From: Arenicellales bacterium
GTDB lineage: Bacteria > Pseudomonadota > Gammaproteobacteria > Arenicellales > JAJDZL01
Direction of reading: 5' to 3'
Length of the DNA stretch: 64,000 nt
Assembly (NCBI GenBank): GCA_965213865.1
Contig: OZ243928.1
Span: 1,706,945-1,770,944, forward strand
The notes below the pieces were generated by a model, which saw only the letters and a list, made by a program, of their open reading frames with translations, ran no database searches and was not told the DNA's origin. Both the position numbers and the translations under genes were made by a program. This document shows, piece after piece, positions 30,082-39,651 of the stretch. Position 1 is the first letter of the stretch. Every line of letters begins with the position of its first letter.

Positions 30082-31021
30082 CCGTTTTGGGCTTGAATCA
30101 GATGGCTGAATCCAAATGTTATCAGCTCCGTGCGGTAATGTGAAAAAGATTCTTGAGTCAAAGCCTGAATTTGAAGGTTATCAAAAAAGCAAGTGAGATA
30201 TCTTTTGACCCGTTAGACAGTCGGTGAGAACAAGCTGGACAAAACTCTGAGCAGGTGCTGAAACAAAGCGAGTCTGCAAGGAATCGACTGCGCTATGGAA
30301 CCCCAGCTGCTCTGGTGTATCGGCTTGTGTCTGCTCTTGAGGATTTGGCGCAAAGACACGCATAATTCGTTTCGCTGGAGCGGAATTGTTTTCTACAATA
30401 TCCAGTGAGTCTGCATCTGTAAACTTTTACGGCAAAGCAAATCTAAGTTTTGTACCTTTCATAGCAGCCAATCCCGCGCGGCGGGAACATCGTCATGAAA
30501 GAAAAAAATAGTGTTGCCATATTTATCAAATACTTGTGATTTTAGTTGCTAAAAAGTAACCCGCTCTGCGCAGCGGCCTGGCGGACTGTATCTGTTTACT
30601 GCAACTGAAAAGCAAGTGTTCAATGAGATAAACCGTAGCAATCGAAAAATACCGCTCCATGCGCAATTGATTCAGATGCGCGCGGATAAGAATTAAATTA
30701 CGCGCAGGACAGGACAACGCGAAGATAATTAGATATCAAAGGTTCCGTCACTCTATACATGGGCAGAAACAGATCTTGCAGTGATGCTGCCTGCCGTTCA
30801 TAATTCAGCATTCAGATTCGGTCAGCTGACAACTGCGCTTTTTTATTTTTCGGGTTCAGCAAGCTGCGCGCAGTGCGCAGCTTTATGACGGGGAAGAATC
30901 TTTTTTTGGCCCAGCTGCCATCTTGAGCAGGCGGCGCTGGCAATAAAGCAGACTGATTCAGTCAGTGTCTGCAATGTGGGGAATGCTCGTTTTCTTCGAA
31001 AAAACTGCTTGCTTGCTGCAT

Positions 31022-31711
31022 ATGAAAGATCGGAATCCGCCTGAACTGTACCTTGCGTCGCAATCGCCGCAGCGACAGCGGCTGCTGAGCGCAATCTGCT
31101 CAGACTTTGAGCTGCTTGACCTTGAAGTGGATGAGACCCCGCTGATGCCGGAGCCTGCTCGCGAATACGTTTTGCGCCTCGCCAACGCCAAAGCAGGAGC
31201 AGGATTCAGGCGCGCCGCAGGCAATGTCCGTGATTTTGACGGCCGTACTGCTTGCTGTGTGGTCGGATCCGATACTTGTGTTGTAATCGATGAGACTAAA
31301 CTCGGCAAGCCCGTTGACGATGAGAATGCGTTTGCAATGCTGCGCCTGCTGCGCGGCCGCACGCATCAGGTTTATTCTGCGGTAGCGGTTCATTGTGACC
31401 TCAATGCTGTGTCCATGGCAGTGGCAGCTGAGGTAGAATTCTCACCAATAACGGACCGGCAAATCAGTGAATTCATTGCCGCTGGCGAATCCAAAGGCCG
31501 AGCAGGCGCCTATGGCATTCAGGGGCAGGCGAAAGAGTTCATCACCCGCCTGCGAGGTTCTTGGAGCTGTGTGGTCGGGCTGCCCGTTCTAGAGACCGCA
31601 AAGTGTCTGCAAATGTGTGGGGTCAAAGTGAATAGCTATCAACAGTCAGTGGCTGAGATCTTGCGTGATTTTGGCACTCTGGAGGCTTTTGATGGTCAAA
31701 TTAGAGTCTAG
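31022..31711 (+). CDS. maf: Maf family nucleotide pyrophosphatase (YhdE-like)
   Basis: LYLASQSPQR, VDETP, GSDTCVV, LGKP, AGAYGIQG, VVGLP. Confidence 0.88.
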   Translation: MKDRNPPELYLASQSPQRQRLLSAICSDFELLDLEVDETPLMPEPAREYVLRLANAKAGAGFRRAAGNVRDFDGRTACCVVGSDTCVVIDETKLGKPVDDENAFAMLRLLRGRTHQVYSAVAVHCDLNAVSMAVAAEVEFSPITDRQISEFIAAGESKGRAGAYGIQGQAKEFITRLRGSWSCVVGLPVLETAKCLQMCGVKVNSYQQSVAEILRDFGTLEAFDGQIRV

Positions 31712-31735
31712 CCACTACCCTGAGCTGTCTATTCC

Positions 31736-34700
31736 GTGAATAATCTGGCCTCTTTGGTGTTCGAAAACAGGCTTGCAAAGAGCTTGCGCGCAGCGCTGTC
31801 GGCATTGCTCAAGGTGATGCTGCGGATTATGGCTCTGCTTGGCAGCCTGGCTGCCTTGCTGGCTGTAATGCTGGCATTTATACTTTTCAATCTTGAGATC
31901 ATACTCCCATGGGCTGTCGACGAGGCTTCCAAAAGCTACGGCCGTGAGATCACTGTTGGACAGGTCGATTCCGGATTGGTCGGTACAAATTTTACGGTAC
32001 GCTTGACCGATATTTCTTTGGCCGGCGGCGACCGAGGAGATCTTCACTTCAGCGCTGATGCAATCGAAGTGCGCCTCGGCCGCGGTCTGTTCAGTCGCGA
32101 CGGTCTCCAGCTCGACTATTTTGGCATTGCCCGACCGCATCTGAGCGGGCGCATCGTATTGCACTCGACACAAGTGCCTGATGCAGAGGCACAGCCTCGG
32201 GGGCAGCAGAATTTTGCGGCCTACCTGGCTGCCTTGCCAGCCATCGCAACTTTGCATGTCGAGCAAGGCCATTATGATATCGCACTCGAATCGGATGAGC
32301 TGAATGTAGAGCTGCTGGGCGAGTTTCAGCTAAGCGGCGCTCAGCGCGACGATCGCTACGTTTTTGAGGGCTCGTTTTTGCCGCAGGACGTGAGTGACAC
32401 AGACTTGAATGTGCGCTTTGAGTCCATGCGCTCAGCTGCCAGTGAGACAGCCTCAAGCCTGAGTTTGAACGCTCGCAGCCTGAATTTGGTATGGTTCACT
32501 GCGCTGTGGAACAGCTTCTTTCCACAGCGTGCCGTTGATGCGGCGAATGTGTTTGCTGTGATGGATGCAGATGTTGAGAGCCGGTGGACTGAAGGCGCGC
32601 TGGATACCGTCTCATGGGACATCAATCTGACGGATGCAGTTCTTGATGGAGCCATCAGCGATGCCAAGCAGTTCGTATTTGCGTCAAACGGCACACTGCG
32701 CCGCCAGAGCGACGACTCGAATCGGCTGGATATAAATTTTGATGCCAAGTCCCTAGATGTCACGGAACTGCTCCAGCGCTATCCGAATCTGTTTCCGCCA
32801 AAATTCTATGCGCATGCATCGAATCAGCTTGAAGCCCTGTGGATTCGGCATCTGGCGGGCAGGGTTTCTGGCAATTTGATGCTGCCGGGCCAAGCGATAA
32901 GCGACTTGAGCCTGAGCGTGACGGGTGCATTCGAAAACTATGATTATCGGTTTTCCGAAGTCTGGCCCCCGCTGCTGGACGGCCAGGGTACGCTGAAAGT
33001 GACGGACAGGCAGGTTGACATTGAATTCAGCCAAGGCGCTATTCATGGCCGCCCTCTTGAGAATGCCGCCGCCCATATCGCGGACTTTCTGGCTGCCGAT
33101 CCAATTTTGGACTTCCAGGCGCAGGTGCGGCTGTCAGTCGATGATGCAATGGATTTTTTCGGCCCGAATGGAACTGTCAAGTCCGGCATGACGGACGGGA
33201 TCGTCCGCGGCAGCGGCAACTCAGCGGTCACCGTATCGGCAGCTGTGCCGCTGCGGCGGGGGCGAGAGTTCACGCTCGTCGGCTCGGTTGAGCCGCAGGG
33301 ATTGACTGCATTGACATCATACGGCATCGAAGCGAGCGATATACGCGGAAAAATTGATTTCAGCCGCACTGGCCTGACCACCGGGAGCTTGCAGGGCAAA
33401 GTGCCTGACGGCGAGTTCGAGCTGAATTTTGGCAGTACAGCCGGCAGCCGCGGTTTTGGGGTTGCCGGCTCGGGGTCTGGGACTGCGGCAGTCCAGACAT
33501 TTGCGCCGCTGATGCCGGGACAGCTGGCGCATGACCTCAATGGAGTGATTGACTGGACTGCGGACTACAGTTTCAGCCCTGATGTGGATGAAATAGGCAT
33601 TACATCGTCTTTGCGTGATGTGCGCTCAGAGCTGCCTTATCCAATGACCAAACCGTCCGGCACGGCGCTGCCAGCCAAAGTTTTTGTTTCCACGCGTGAC
33701 GGCCATCATCGCCGCATAGCGCTGCAATTCGGGACCATTCTTGAGGGCGTTTTGAGCCTGCGCCGCGCCGCCGGTCAGTGGCAGGTGGAATCCGGCGCCG
33801 TGGCCGTTGGGTCGGTTCAGATGCCCAGAGAGGATAGCTCTGGCGTCATCATCAACGCCTATCTGCCCGAGTTCGATTACGAGCGATGGCTGGCAGTCAT
33901 GCGCTCAGATGACAAGAGCCCAGCGCTGAATCAAGGGCGCTTGAAAGAGATCAGCCTCTCGGCTGACGCATTGAATTTCGCTCGTGGCAGAATGTTTCAC
34001 GATGTGAATCTTCATATCGCCAAAGAGAATCGACTTTGGCATATCGATGTGGTTTCGAGAGAGATTATCGGTCGGGCAACTTATCTTGATCGACAATCCA
34101 TACAGGAAGGTGAAGCGCCGACCTTGACGATTGATTTCGCCCGCTGTCATATCCCCGAGGCACAGTCTCCGCCAGTCAAAGGCGGGATTGACCCGAGGAA
34201 TCTGCCGCGCCTGCGGTTCAATTGCGCTGACACCCGCTATGGGAATTATGCCCTGGGCAAAAGCGCTATTTCCGCTGAGCAGCGGGCCGACAGCTGGGTG
34301 ATCACAGCAGCTGAGTTTGCCACTCCTGAATTCGTTCTCACGTCCAGCGGCCAGTGGAATTATAGCAACACATCTGCGCTGCAGTTCGCTTTCGATGCGC
34401 CTGATTTCGGCAAAGCGATGGATAAACTCAGTTACGGCCGATTGTTCAACGGCGGCCGCGGATCGATATCCGGCAATCTGAGCTGGGATGATGCGCTCAC
34501 CCAGTGGCGTACTGACATTACCTCGGGCGACTACACTCTGGCTGTCGAGTCAGGCTCTTTAATCACCCAGAAAGATGAGACAGCGGCCAAGCTGATCGGC
34601 ATTCTCAATTACGACACGCTGCTGAATCGAGTTTCGGCGGATATTGCCGATTTCGGCGAGGAGGGCATCCCTTTTGAGACGGTATCGGGGCAGGGCGATA

Positions 34701-35026
34701 TCCAGGCAGGCCGCATCAATGTGCCGGGTTTGCGCGTCCAAGGACCGACTTCTGAAATTGATGTTTCGGGACATGTGGACTGGAACACCAAGCAGCTGGA
34801 TATGCTGGCAAAAATCAACGTTGAGGTCGGCAAGCCGCTGACGACAATCGCCACCATTGCCGGCGGCCCGGTTACCGGATTGGTGACTTATCTAGGCAAG
34901 CAAATTTTGGAAAAATCTGATATTGAGCTGTTTGCACACCAATATTCGATCAAAGGTCCATGGTCAGAGCCGCAGGTTGTCGCTGTGCAGCGAGCCGCTC
35001 CCGATGCCGCCGGCAGCCAGGAATGA
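31736..35026 (+). CDS. yhdP: YhdP-family AsmA-like phospholipid transporter
   Basis: 1096 aa with N-terminal TM anchor and AsmA-like C-terminus; sits between maf and nitrilase-tldD. Confidence 0.75.
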   Translation: MNNLASLVFENRLAKSLRAALSALLKVMLRIMALLGSLAALLAVMLAFILFNLEIILPWAVDEASKSYGREITVGQVDSGLVGTNFTVRLTDISLAGGDRGDLHFSADAIEVRLGRGLFSRDGLQLDYFGIARPHLSGRIVLHSTQVPDAEAQPRGQQNFAAYLAALPAIATLHVEQGHYDIALESDELNVELLGEFQLSGAQRDDRYVFEGSFLPQDVSDTDLNVRFESMRSAASETASSLSLNARSLNLVWFTALWNSFFPQRAVDAANVFAVMDADVESRWTEGALDTVSWDINLTDAVLDGAISDAKQFVFASNGTLRRQSDDSNRLDINFDAKSLDVTELLQRYPNLFPPKFYAHASNQLEALWIRHLAGRVSGNLMLPGQAISDLSLSVTGAFENYDYRFSEVWPPLLDGQGTLKVTDRQVDIEFSQGAIHGRPLENAAAHIADFLAADPILDFQAQVRLSVDDAMDFFGPNGTVKSGMTDGIVRGSGNSAVTVSAAVPLRRGREFTLVGSVEPQGLTALTSYGIEASDIRGKIDFSRTGLTTGSLQGKVPDGEFELNFGSTAGSRGFGVAGSGSGTAAVQTFAPLMPGQLAHDLNGVIDWTADYSFSPDVDEIGITSSLRDVRSELPYPMTKPSGTALPAKVFVSTRDGHHRRIALQFGTILEGVLSLRRAAGQWQVESGAVAVGSVQMPREDSSGVIINAYLPEFDYERWLAVMRSDDKSPALNQGRLKEISLSADALNFARGRMFHDVNLHIAKENRLWHIDVVSREIIGRATYLDRQSIQEGEAPTLTIDFARCHIPEAQSPPVKGGIDPRNLPRLRFNCADTRYGNYALGKSAISAEQRADSWVITAAEFATPEFVLTSSGQWNYSNTSALQFAFDAPDFGKAMDKLSYGRLFNGGRGSISGNLSWDDALTQWRTDITSGDYTLAVESGSLITQKDETAAKLIGILNYDTLLNRVSADIADFGEEGIPFETVSGQGDIQAGRINVPGLRVQGPTSEIDVSGHVDWNTKQLDMLAKINVEVGKPLTTIATIAGGPVTGLVTYLGKQILEKSDIELFAHQYSIKGPWSEPQVVAVQRAAPDAAGSQE

Positions 35027-35030
35027 AGTT

Positions 35031-35390
35031 ATGCGCAGGCTTGCTCCTTTTATCTTGATGGCTGCCGGCTTGGCCGCGTCAGGCGCTTTGCAAGGCCAGG
35101 GCAGCGATGAGTTCCAGCTTTCCCGCTATGAGTGGCCGGTCCGCGCATCCGCGGATGCCATGCTGGAAATCCCGCAGCTCAAGCGGGCGGTCTCGCGGCT
35201 GCTTGCGGCAGAGGACCGGATTCTCATGATTCACTACTCAGGAGGGGTCTCTGGCAACGAGTGGGCGCTGGCGCTGAAAAATCATCTGGTGGCCCTCGGA
35301 ATCGAAGGGCAGCGTATCCGCTTGCGGGCGCCGTCCGGCGATGAGGAGATTCTGCTGCTGGAGATCCTCGCAAGCGAGTCCGCACAATGA
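35031..35390 (+). CDS. Hypothetical exported protein
   Basis: Signal-peptide-like start (MRRLAPFILMAAGLAASGA); stop overlaps the next gene's start. Confidence 0.6.
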   Translation: MRRLAPFILMAAGLAASGALQGQGSDEFQLSRYEWPVRASADAMLEIPQLKRAVSRLLAAEDRILMIHYSGGVSGNEWALALKNHLVALGIEGQRIRLRAPSGDEEILLLEILASESAQ

Positions 35391-36196
35391 AAATTGCCGC
35401 GATACAGATGAATTCCAGCAATGAGCTGGATAAGAATCTTGATTTGGCAGCGCAGCTGATTCAAAAGGCGCAGCGCCGCGAGGCGCAGATAGCGGTTCTG
35501 CCAGAGTGCTTTGCATTCATGGCGGCGGACCATCATGAGCGGCTGCAATCAGCGCAGTCCGCAAACGGTGACGGCGTCATTCAGCGGCGTGTGTCTGAGC
35601 TTGCCAGGAGCACTGGCATGTGGATTCTGGCAGCCGGCATATTCATGCGCGAGGCGCAGGCAATGAAAGTCAGCAACACCTCGCTTCTTTTCGATGACCT
35701 CGGCGGCATCGCTGCCCGCTATGACAAGATCAATCTGTTCGACATTCAGCTGCCTGATGGAGAAAATTACAACGAATCTTCGTATACTATCGCAGGCGAT
35801 CAGGTTGTGGCTGTTGATACCCCGGCCGGGAGAGCAGGGCTGACGGTGTGTTTTGATGTTCGGTTTCCGGGCCTGTACCGCCGCCTCGCCGCATTGGGCG
35901 CCATCTGGTACGCCGTGCCGTCTGCGTTCTCATACACCACCGGGCGCGATCACTGGGAAGTGCTGCTGCGAGCTCGGGCGATTGAAAACCGCGCTTATGT
36001 TGTCGCTCCTGCGCAGTGGGGCGAGCACCCCGGCGGGCGGCAGACCTACGGGCATTCGATGATAGTCGATCCATGGGGGCGCTTTTCGGTTTGCGAGCGC
36101 TCTGGCAATCAGGTGCTGATTGCAGATGTATGCGCGAGCCGAGTGCAGGAGATTCGCGGCCGGTTCGAGTATTGCGAAAGCGAGGGTTTCGAATAA
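35387..36196 (+). CDS. Carbon-nitrogen hydrolase (Nit1/deaminated glutathione amidase family)
   Basis: LPECF, YDKINLFD, VCFDVRFP, HWEVLLRARAIEN, GHSMIVDPWG. Confidence 0.9.
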   Translation: MKIAAIQMNSSNELDKNLDLAAQLIQKAQRREAQIAVLPECFAFMAADHHERLQSAQSANGDGVIQRRVSELARSTGMWILAAGIFMREAQAMKVSNTSLLFDDLGGIAARYDKINLFDIQLPDGENYNESSYTIAGDQVVAVDTPAGRAGLTVCFDVRFPGLYRRLAALGAIWYAVPSAFSYTTGRDHWEVLLRARAIENRAYVVAPAQWGEHPGGRQTYGHSMIVDPWGRFSVCERSGNQVLIADVCASRVQEIRGRFEYCESEGFE

Positions 36197-36300
36197 TGCG
36201 CTTGGAGCGGCGGCAGCAATGGCTTGAAAACGCCTGCAGCGGCTTTATATTGATAGAAATATGATGGCAATATTGCCCAATTCCACCATTTCTTTACATA

Positions 36301-37749
36301 ATGAGTGACCATTTGCAGATCGCCCGCAGCGCACTGCTGGAACCCGCTGAGGTGGGCGAGCGGGAATTGGATTCGCTTCTCGGAGCGGTCGCCGGCAAAT
36401 CTATCGATCATGCCGATGTCTTCTTGGAGTACAGCCGCGGCGAGAGCTGGAGTCTTGAAGAGGGCATTGTCAAATCGGGAGCATTCCACATTGATCGCGG
36501 CGCTGGCCTGCGTGCGGTCAGCGGCGACAAGACAGGCTTTGCCTGTTCCGACGATTTGAGTCTGACCGCTTTGACGCGGGCGGCCCGATACGCCCGTACG
36601 ATTGCCCGCAGCGGCAGCGATGGCAGCGGTGCAAATGTCGCTGTCCGTCCGGCTCAGGCGCCGGCGCTGTATGCGGACGATGATCCGCTTGGCTCACTGA
36701 CGGATACACAGAAAATTGACTTGATTGCCAGTGTCGAGCGCGATGCGCGTCAGCAAGATCCGCGTGTGCGGGAAGTGATTGTGAATCTCAGCGGCTCTCA
36801 CAAGATTGTGCTCGTCGCCAGAAGCGACGGGATGCTGTGTGCGGATGCGCGTCCGCTGATTCGCCTGGATGTATCCGTAGTCGCCGAGCATAATGGCCGC
36901 CGCGAGCGCGGTTCCTTCGGCGGCGGCACGCGCGGCGGTTACGAATTCTTTGTCGATCAGCAAAGAGCTTTCAGCTATGGGCGCGAAGCAGTGCGCCAGG
37001 CGCTCATCAATCTTGAGTCTGTGGAGGCGCCTGCCGGCACGATGACTGTGGTGCTCGGTCCCGGCTGGCCTGGCATTTTGCTGCATGAGGCGATCGGACA
37101 TCCGCTGGAAGGAGACTTCAACCGCAAAGGGACCTCTGCTTTTGCCGGCCGCATCGGCGAGCGGGTCGCGTCCAAGCTTTGCACAGTGGTGGACGACGGC
37201 ACCATCCCTGAGCGCAGAGGATCGCTGAGTGTTGATGACGAGGGCACGGCGACCAGCAATACAGTATTGATTGAAAATGGCGTGCTGAAAGGATACATGC
37301 ACGACTTGACCAATGCGCGGCTGATGCGGCAGGCGCCGACTGGCAACGGCCGGCGCGAAAGCTACCAGCATCTGCCGATGCCGAGAATGACCAATACCTA
37401 TATGCTCGCAGGCGAGTCGAGTCATGAGGAGATTATCGAATCTGTCGACAGCGGCATTTATGCTGTCAGCTTCGGCGGCGGGCAGGTGGATCCAACCTCC
37501 GGGAATTTTGTGTTTTCAGCCACGGAGGCCTATCGCATCGAGAAAGGCAGGATTACCTGCCCGGTCAAGGGCGCAACTTTGATTGGCAGCGGTCCCCAAG
37601 TATTGACCAAAGTCTCGATGGTGGGCAATAATCTTGAGCTTGATTCCGGCATCGGCACTTGCGGGAAAGCTGGACAATCAGTGCCCGTGGGTGTTGGGCT
37701 GCCGACGATTCGAGTTGATGAGCTGACAGTCGGCGGCTCGCAGGTGTAG
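36301..37749 (+). CDS. tldD: Metalloprotease TldD
   Basis: GILLHEAIGHPLEGDFNRKG, PRMTNT, CGKAGQSVPVG. Confidence 0.95.
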   Translation: MSDHLQIARSALLEPAEVGERELDSLLGAVAGKSIDHADVFLEYSRGESWSLEEGIVKSGAFHIDRGAGLRAVSGDKTGFACSDDLSLTALTRAARYARTIARSGSDGSGANVAVRPAQAPALYADDDPLGSLTDTQKIDLIASVERDARQQDPRVREVIVNLSGSHKIVLVARSDGMLCADARPLIRLDVSVVAEHNGRRERGSFGGGTRGGYEFFVDQQRAFSYGREAVRQALINLESVEAPAGTMTVVLGPGWPGILLHEAIGHPLEGDFNRKGTSAFAGRIGERVASKLCTVVDDGTIPERRGSLSVDDEGTATSNTVLIENGVLKGYMHDLTNARLMRQAPTGNGRRESYQHLPMPRMTNTYMLAGESSHEEIIESVDSGIYAVSFGGGQVDPTSGNFVFSATEAYRIEKGRITCPVKGATLIGSGPQVLTKVSMVGNNLELDSGIGTCGKAGQSVPVGVGLPTIRVDELTVGGSQV

Positions 37750-37753
37750 ACGC

Positions 37754-39112
37754 ATGAGTTCCAGCCATTGCATTGAGCGCGGCGGCGCTGGATCTGAAGC
37801 CGATGCTCTGACGGATGTTGCTGCAAACGCGCTGGAAATCGCGTCTCAGGTCAAGGCCGATGCCGCAGCGGTCAGTGTCTCGCGCTCGCACAGCAGTGAT
37901 CTGAGTGTGCGTCTGGGCAAGCTCGAGACAGTGGAAAGCGCTGATCAAAAAAGTTTAGCGGTATCCGTTTATTTGGGCCGGCATCGCGGGGCCAGCACGA
38001 CCAGTGATCTCAGTCACGATGCAATCACCGATGCGGTACGCGCGGCTTACTCGATTGCCAAATATACGGCGGAAGATCCATACAGCGGACTGCCGCCAGC
38101 GGATCGCCTGCTTTGGGAGCCGGTTGATCTGCAACTGCACCATCCCCGAGAGGTGGATCGCGATGCGGCCTTGGAGATTGCGCTGCGCTGCGAGGACGCT
38201 GCGCGGCAAGCGGATCAGCGCATCACCAATTCTGAGGGCGCTTCCTTCAGTTCAGCAGTGGTGGAATCGGTCTTGGGCAACAGCGACGGATTGCTGATCA
38301 GCGAGAAAAAAACACTCTACAGTGTCGGCTGCTGCGTTGTGGCGCAGACTGGCAGCGGAATGCAGTCGGATTACTGGAGTTCCTCCGCGCGAGAGTTTGA
38401 TGAAATCGAGTCGCCTGAAGCGGTCGGTCTGCGCACAGCGCAGCGCGCGCTGCGCCGGGTCGATTCCCGGCGTTTGAAAACCTGCTCGGCGCCGGTGCTG
38501 TTCGAGTCGCCGGTTGCGGGCGATTTGCTGCGATCGCTGATCAGTGCGGTCTCGGGTTCAGCGCAATACCGCAAGTCAACGTTTTTGCTGGACAGTCTGG
38601 GACAGGAAATTTTTCCGAAGTGGGTTCGCATTCATGAGCAGCCGCATCTGGCGCGCGGACTGGGCAGCGCAATGGCGGATGCAGAGGGCGTTGCGACGGC
38701 AGCGCGCGATATTGTTCGAGATGGAACTTTGTGCGGCTATGTCCTTGATTCTTACTCGGCGCGCAAACTGGGCATGGAGACAACGGGCAATGCCGGCGGT
38801 GTTTTTAATCTGACCCTTGACAGCGGCAAGCGGGATTTCGATGCCATGGTGAAATTGATGGATCGCGGTTTGCTGGTTACTGAATTGATGGGGTTCGGAA
38901 AAAACATCGTCACCGGTGATTATTCCATGGGCGCTCGGGGTCTTTGGGTTGAGGGCGGCGCGATTCAGTACCCGGTTGAAGAGCTGACTATTGCCGGAAA
39001 TTTGCGGCAGATGTTTGCCGATCTAGTCGATGTCGGAACGGATATTGACCCGCGACGCAGCCTGCGCACCGGCTCCGTTCTGGTCGGCAATATGTCGATC
39101 GCCGGCGCCTGA
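37754..39112 (+). CDS. pmbA: Metalloprotease PmbA/TldE
   Basis: Follows tldD; DAEGV, YSARKLG, TGDYSMGA, TIAGNL. Confidence 0.92.
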   Translation: MSSSHCIERGGAGSEADALTDVAANALEIASQVKADAAAVSVSRSHSSDLSVRLGKLETVESADQKSLAVSVYLGRHRGASTTSDLSHDAITDAVRAAYSIAKYTAEDPYSGLPPADRLLWEPVDLQLHHPREVDRDAALEIALRCEDAARQADQRITNSEGASFSSAVVESVLGNSDGLLISEKKTLYSVGCCVVAQTGSGMQSDYWSSSAREFDEIESPEAVGLRTAQRALRRVDSRRLKTCSAPVLFESPVAGDLLRSLISAVSGSAQYRKSTFLLDSLGQEIFPKWVRIHEQPHLARGLGSAMADAEGVATAARDIVRDGTLCGYVLDSYSARKLGMETTGNAGGVFNLTLDSGKRDFDAMVKLMDRGLLVTELMGFGKNIVTGDYSMGARGLWVEGGAIQYPVEELTIAGNLRQMFADLVDVGTDIDPRRSLRTGSVLVGNMSIAGA

Positions 39113-39252
39113 GAAAATGCCGGAACCCGGCCGCGCCGGCACCGGCGCGCATATAATGCCGGGCGGCCTGCCTGCTGCGGCGATGAAACAATGAATCTGC
39201 GGACGATCGCCGCAGCCCACTGAGACGCATGACTGTATTGCGCTGAAACGAG

Positions 39253-39621
39253 ATGCCGATTTACGAATATATTTGCAATCACTGCGAACATGAGCTTGAG
39301 GTTCTGCAGAGTATCAAGCATCCGCCGCTGACTGATTGTCCAGCCTGCGGTCAAGCCGCGCTGCGGAAAAAGCTGTCGGTGGCCGCTTTCCGCCTCAAGG
39401 GTACTGGCTGGTATGAGACGGATTTCAAGAATGCAGCGAACGGCAAAGCGAAAGACAGCGAGCCGGGCAAGGACAAGGAGGCCAAATCAGATTCTGAGGC
39501 CGCCAGCTCCAGCTCCACCGAGAATAAATCCAGCGCCGCGGCTGGCGACAAGGGCAAAAGCGGCAAGCCGGCCGCTGATGCTCAAGCCAAATCTGCTGCG
39601 ACTTCGACAGCGGCAACTTGA
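39253..39621 (+). CDS. FmdB-family zinc-ribbon protein
   Basis: MPIYEYICNHC...CPAC...FRLKGTGWYETDF with a low-complexity tail; upstream of aspS. Confidence 0.88.
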   Translation: MPIYEYICNHCEHELEVLQSIKHPPLTDCPACGQAALRKKLSVAAFRLKGTGWYETDFKNAANGKAKDSEPGKDKEAKSDSEAASSSSTENKSSAAAGDKGKSGKPAADAQAKSAATSTAAT

Positions 39622-39651
39622 TTCGATTCTCGCCTGTTCGTGAAAGACCCC

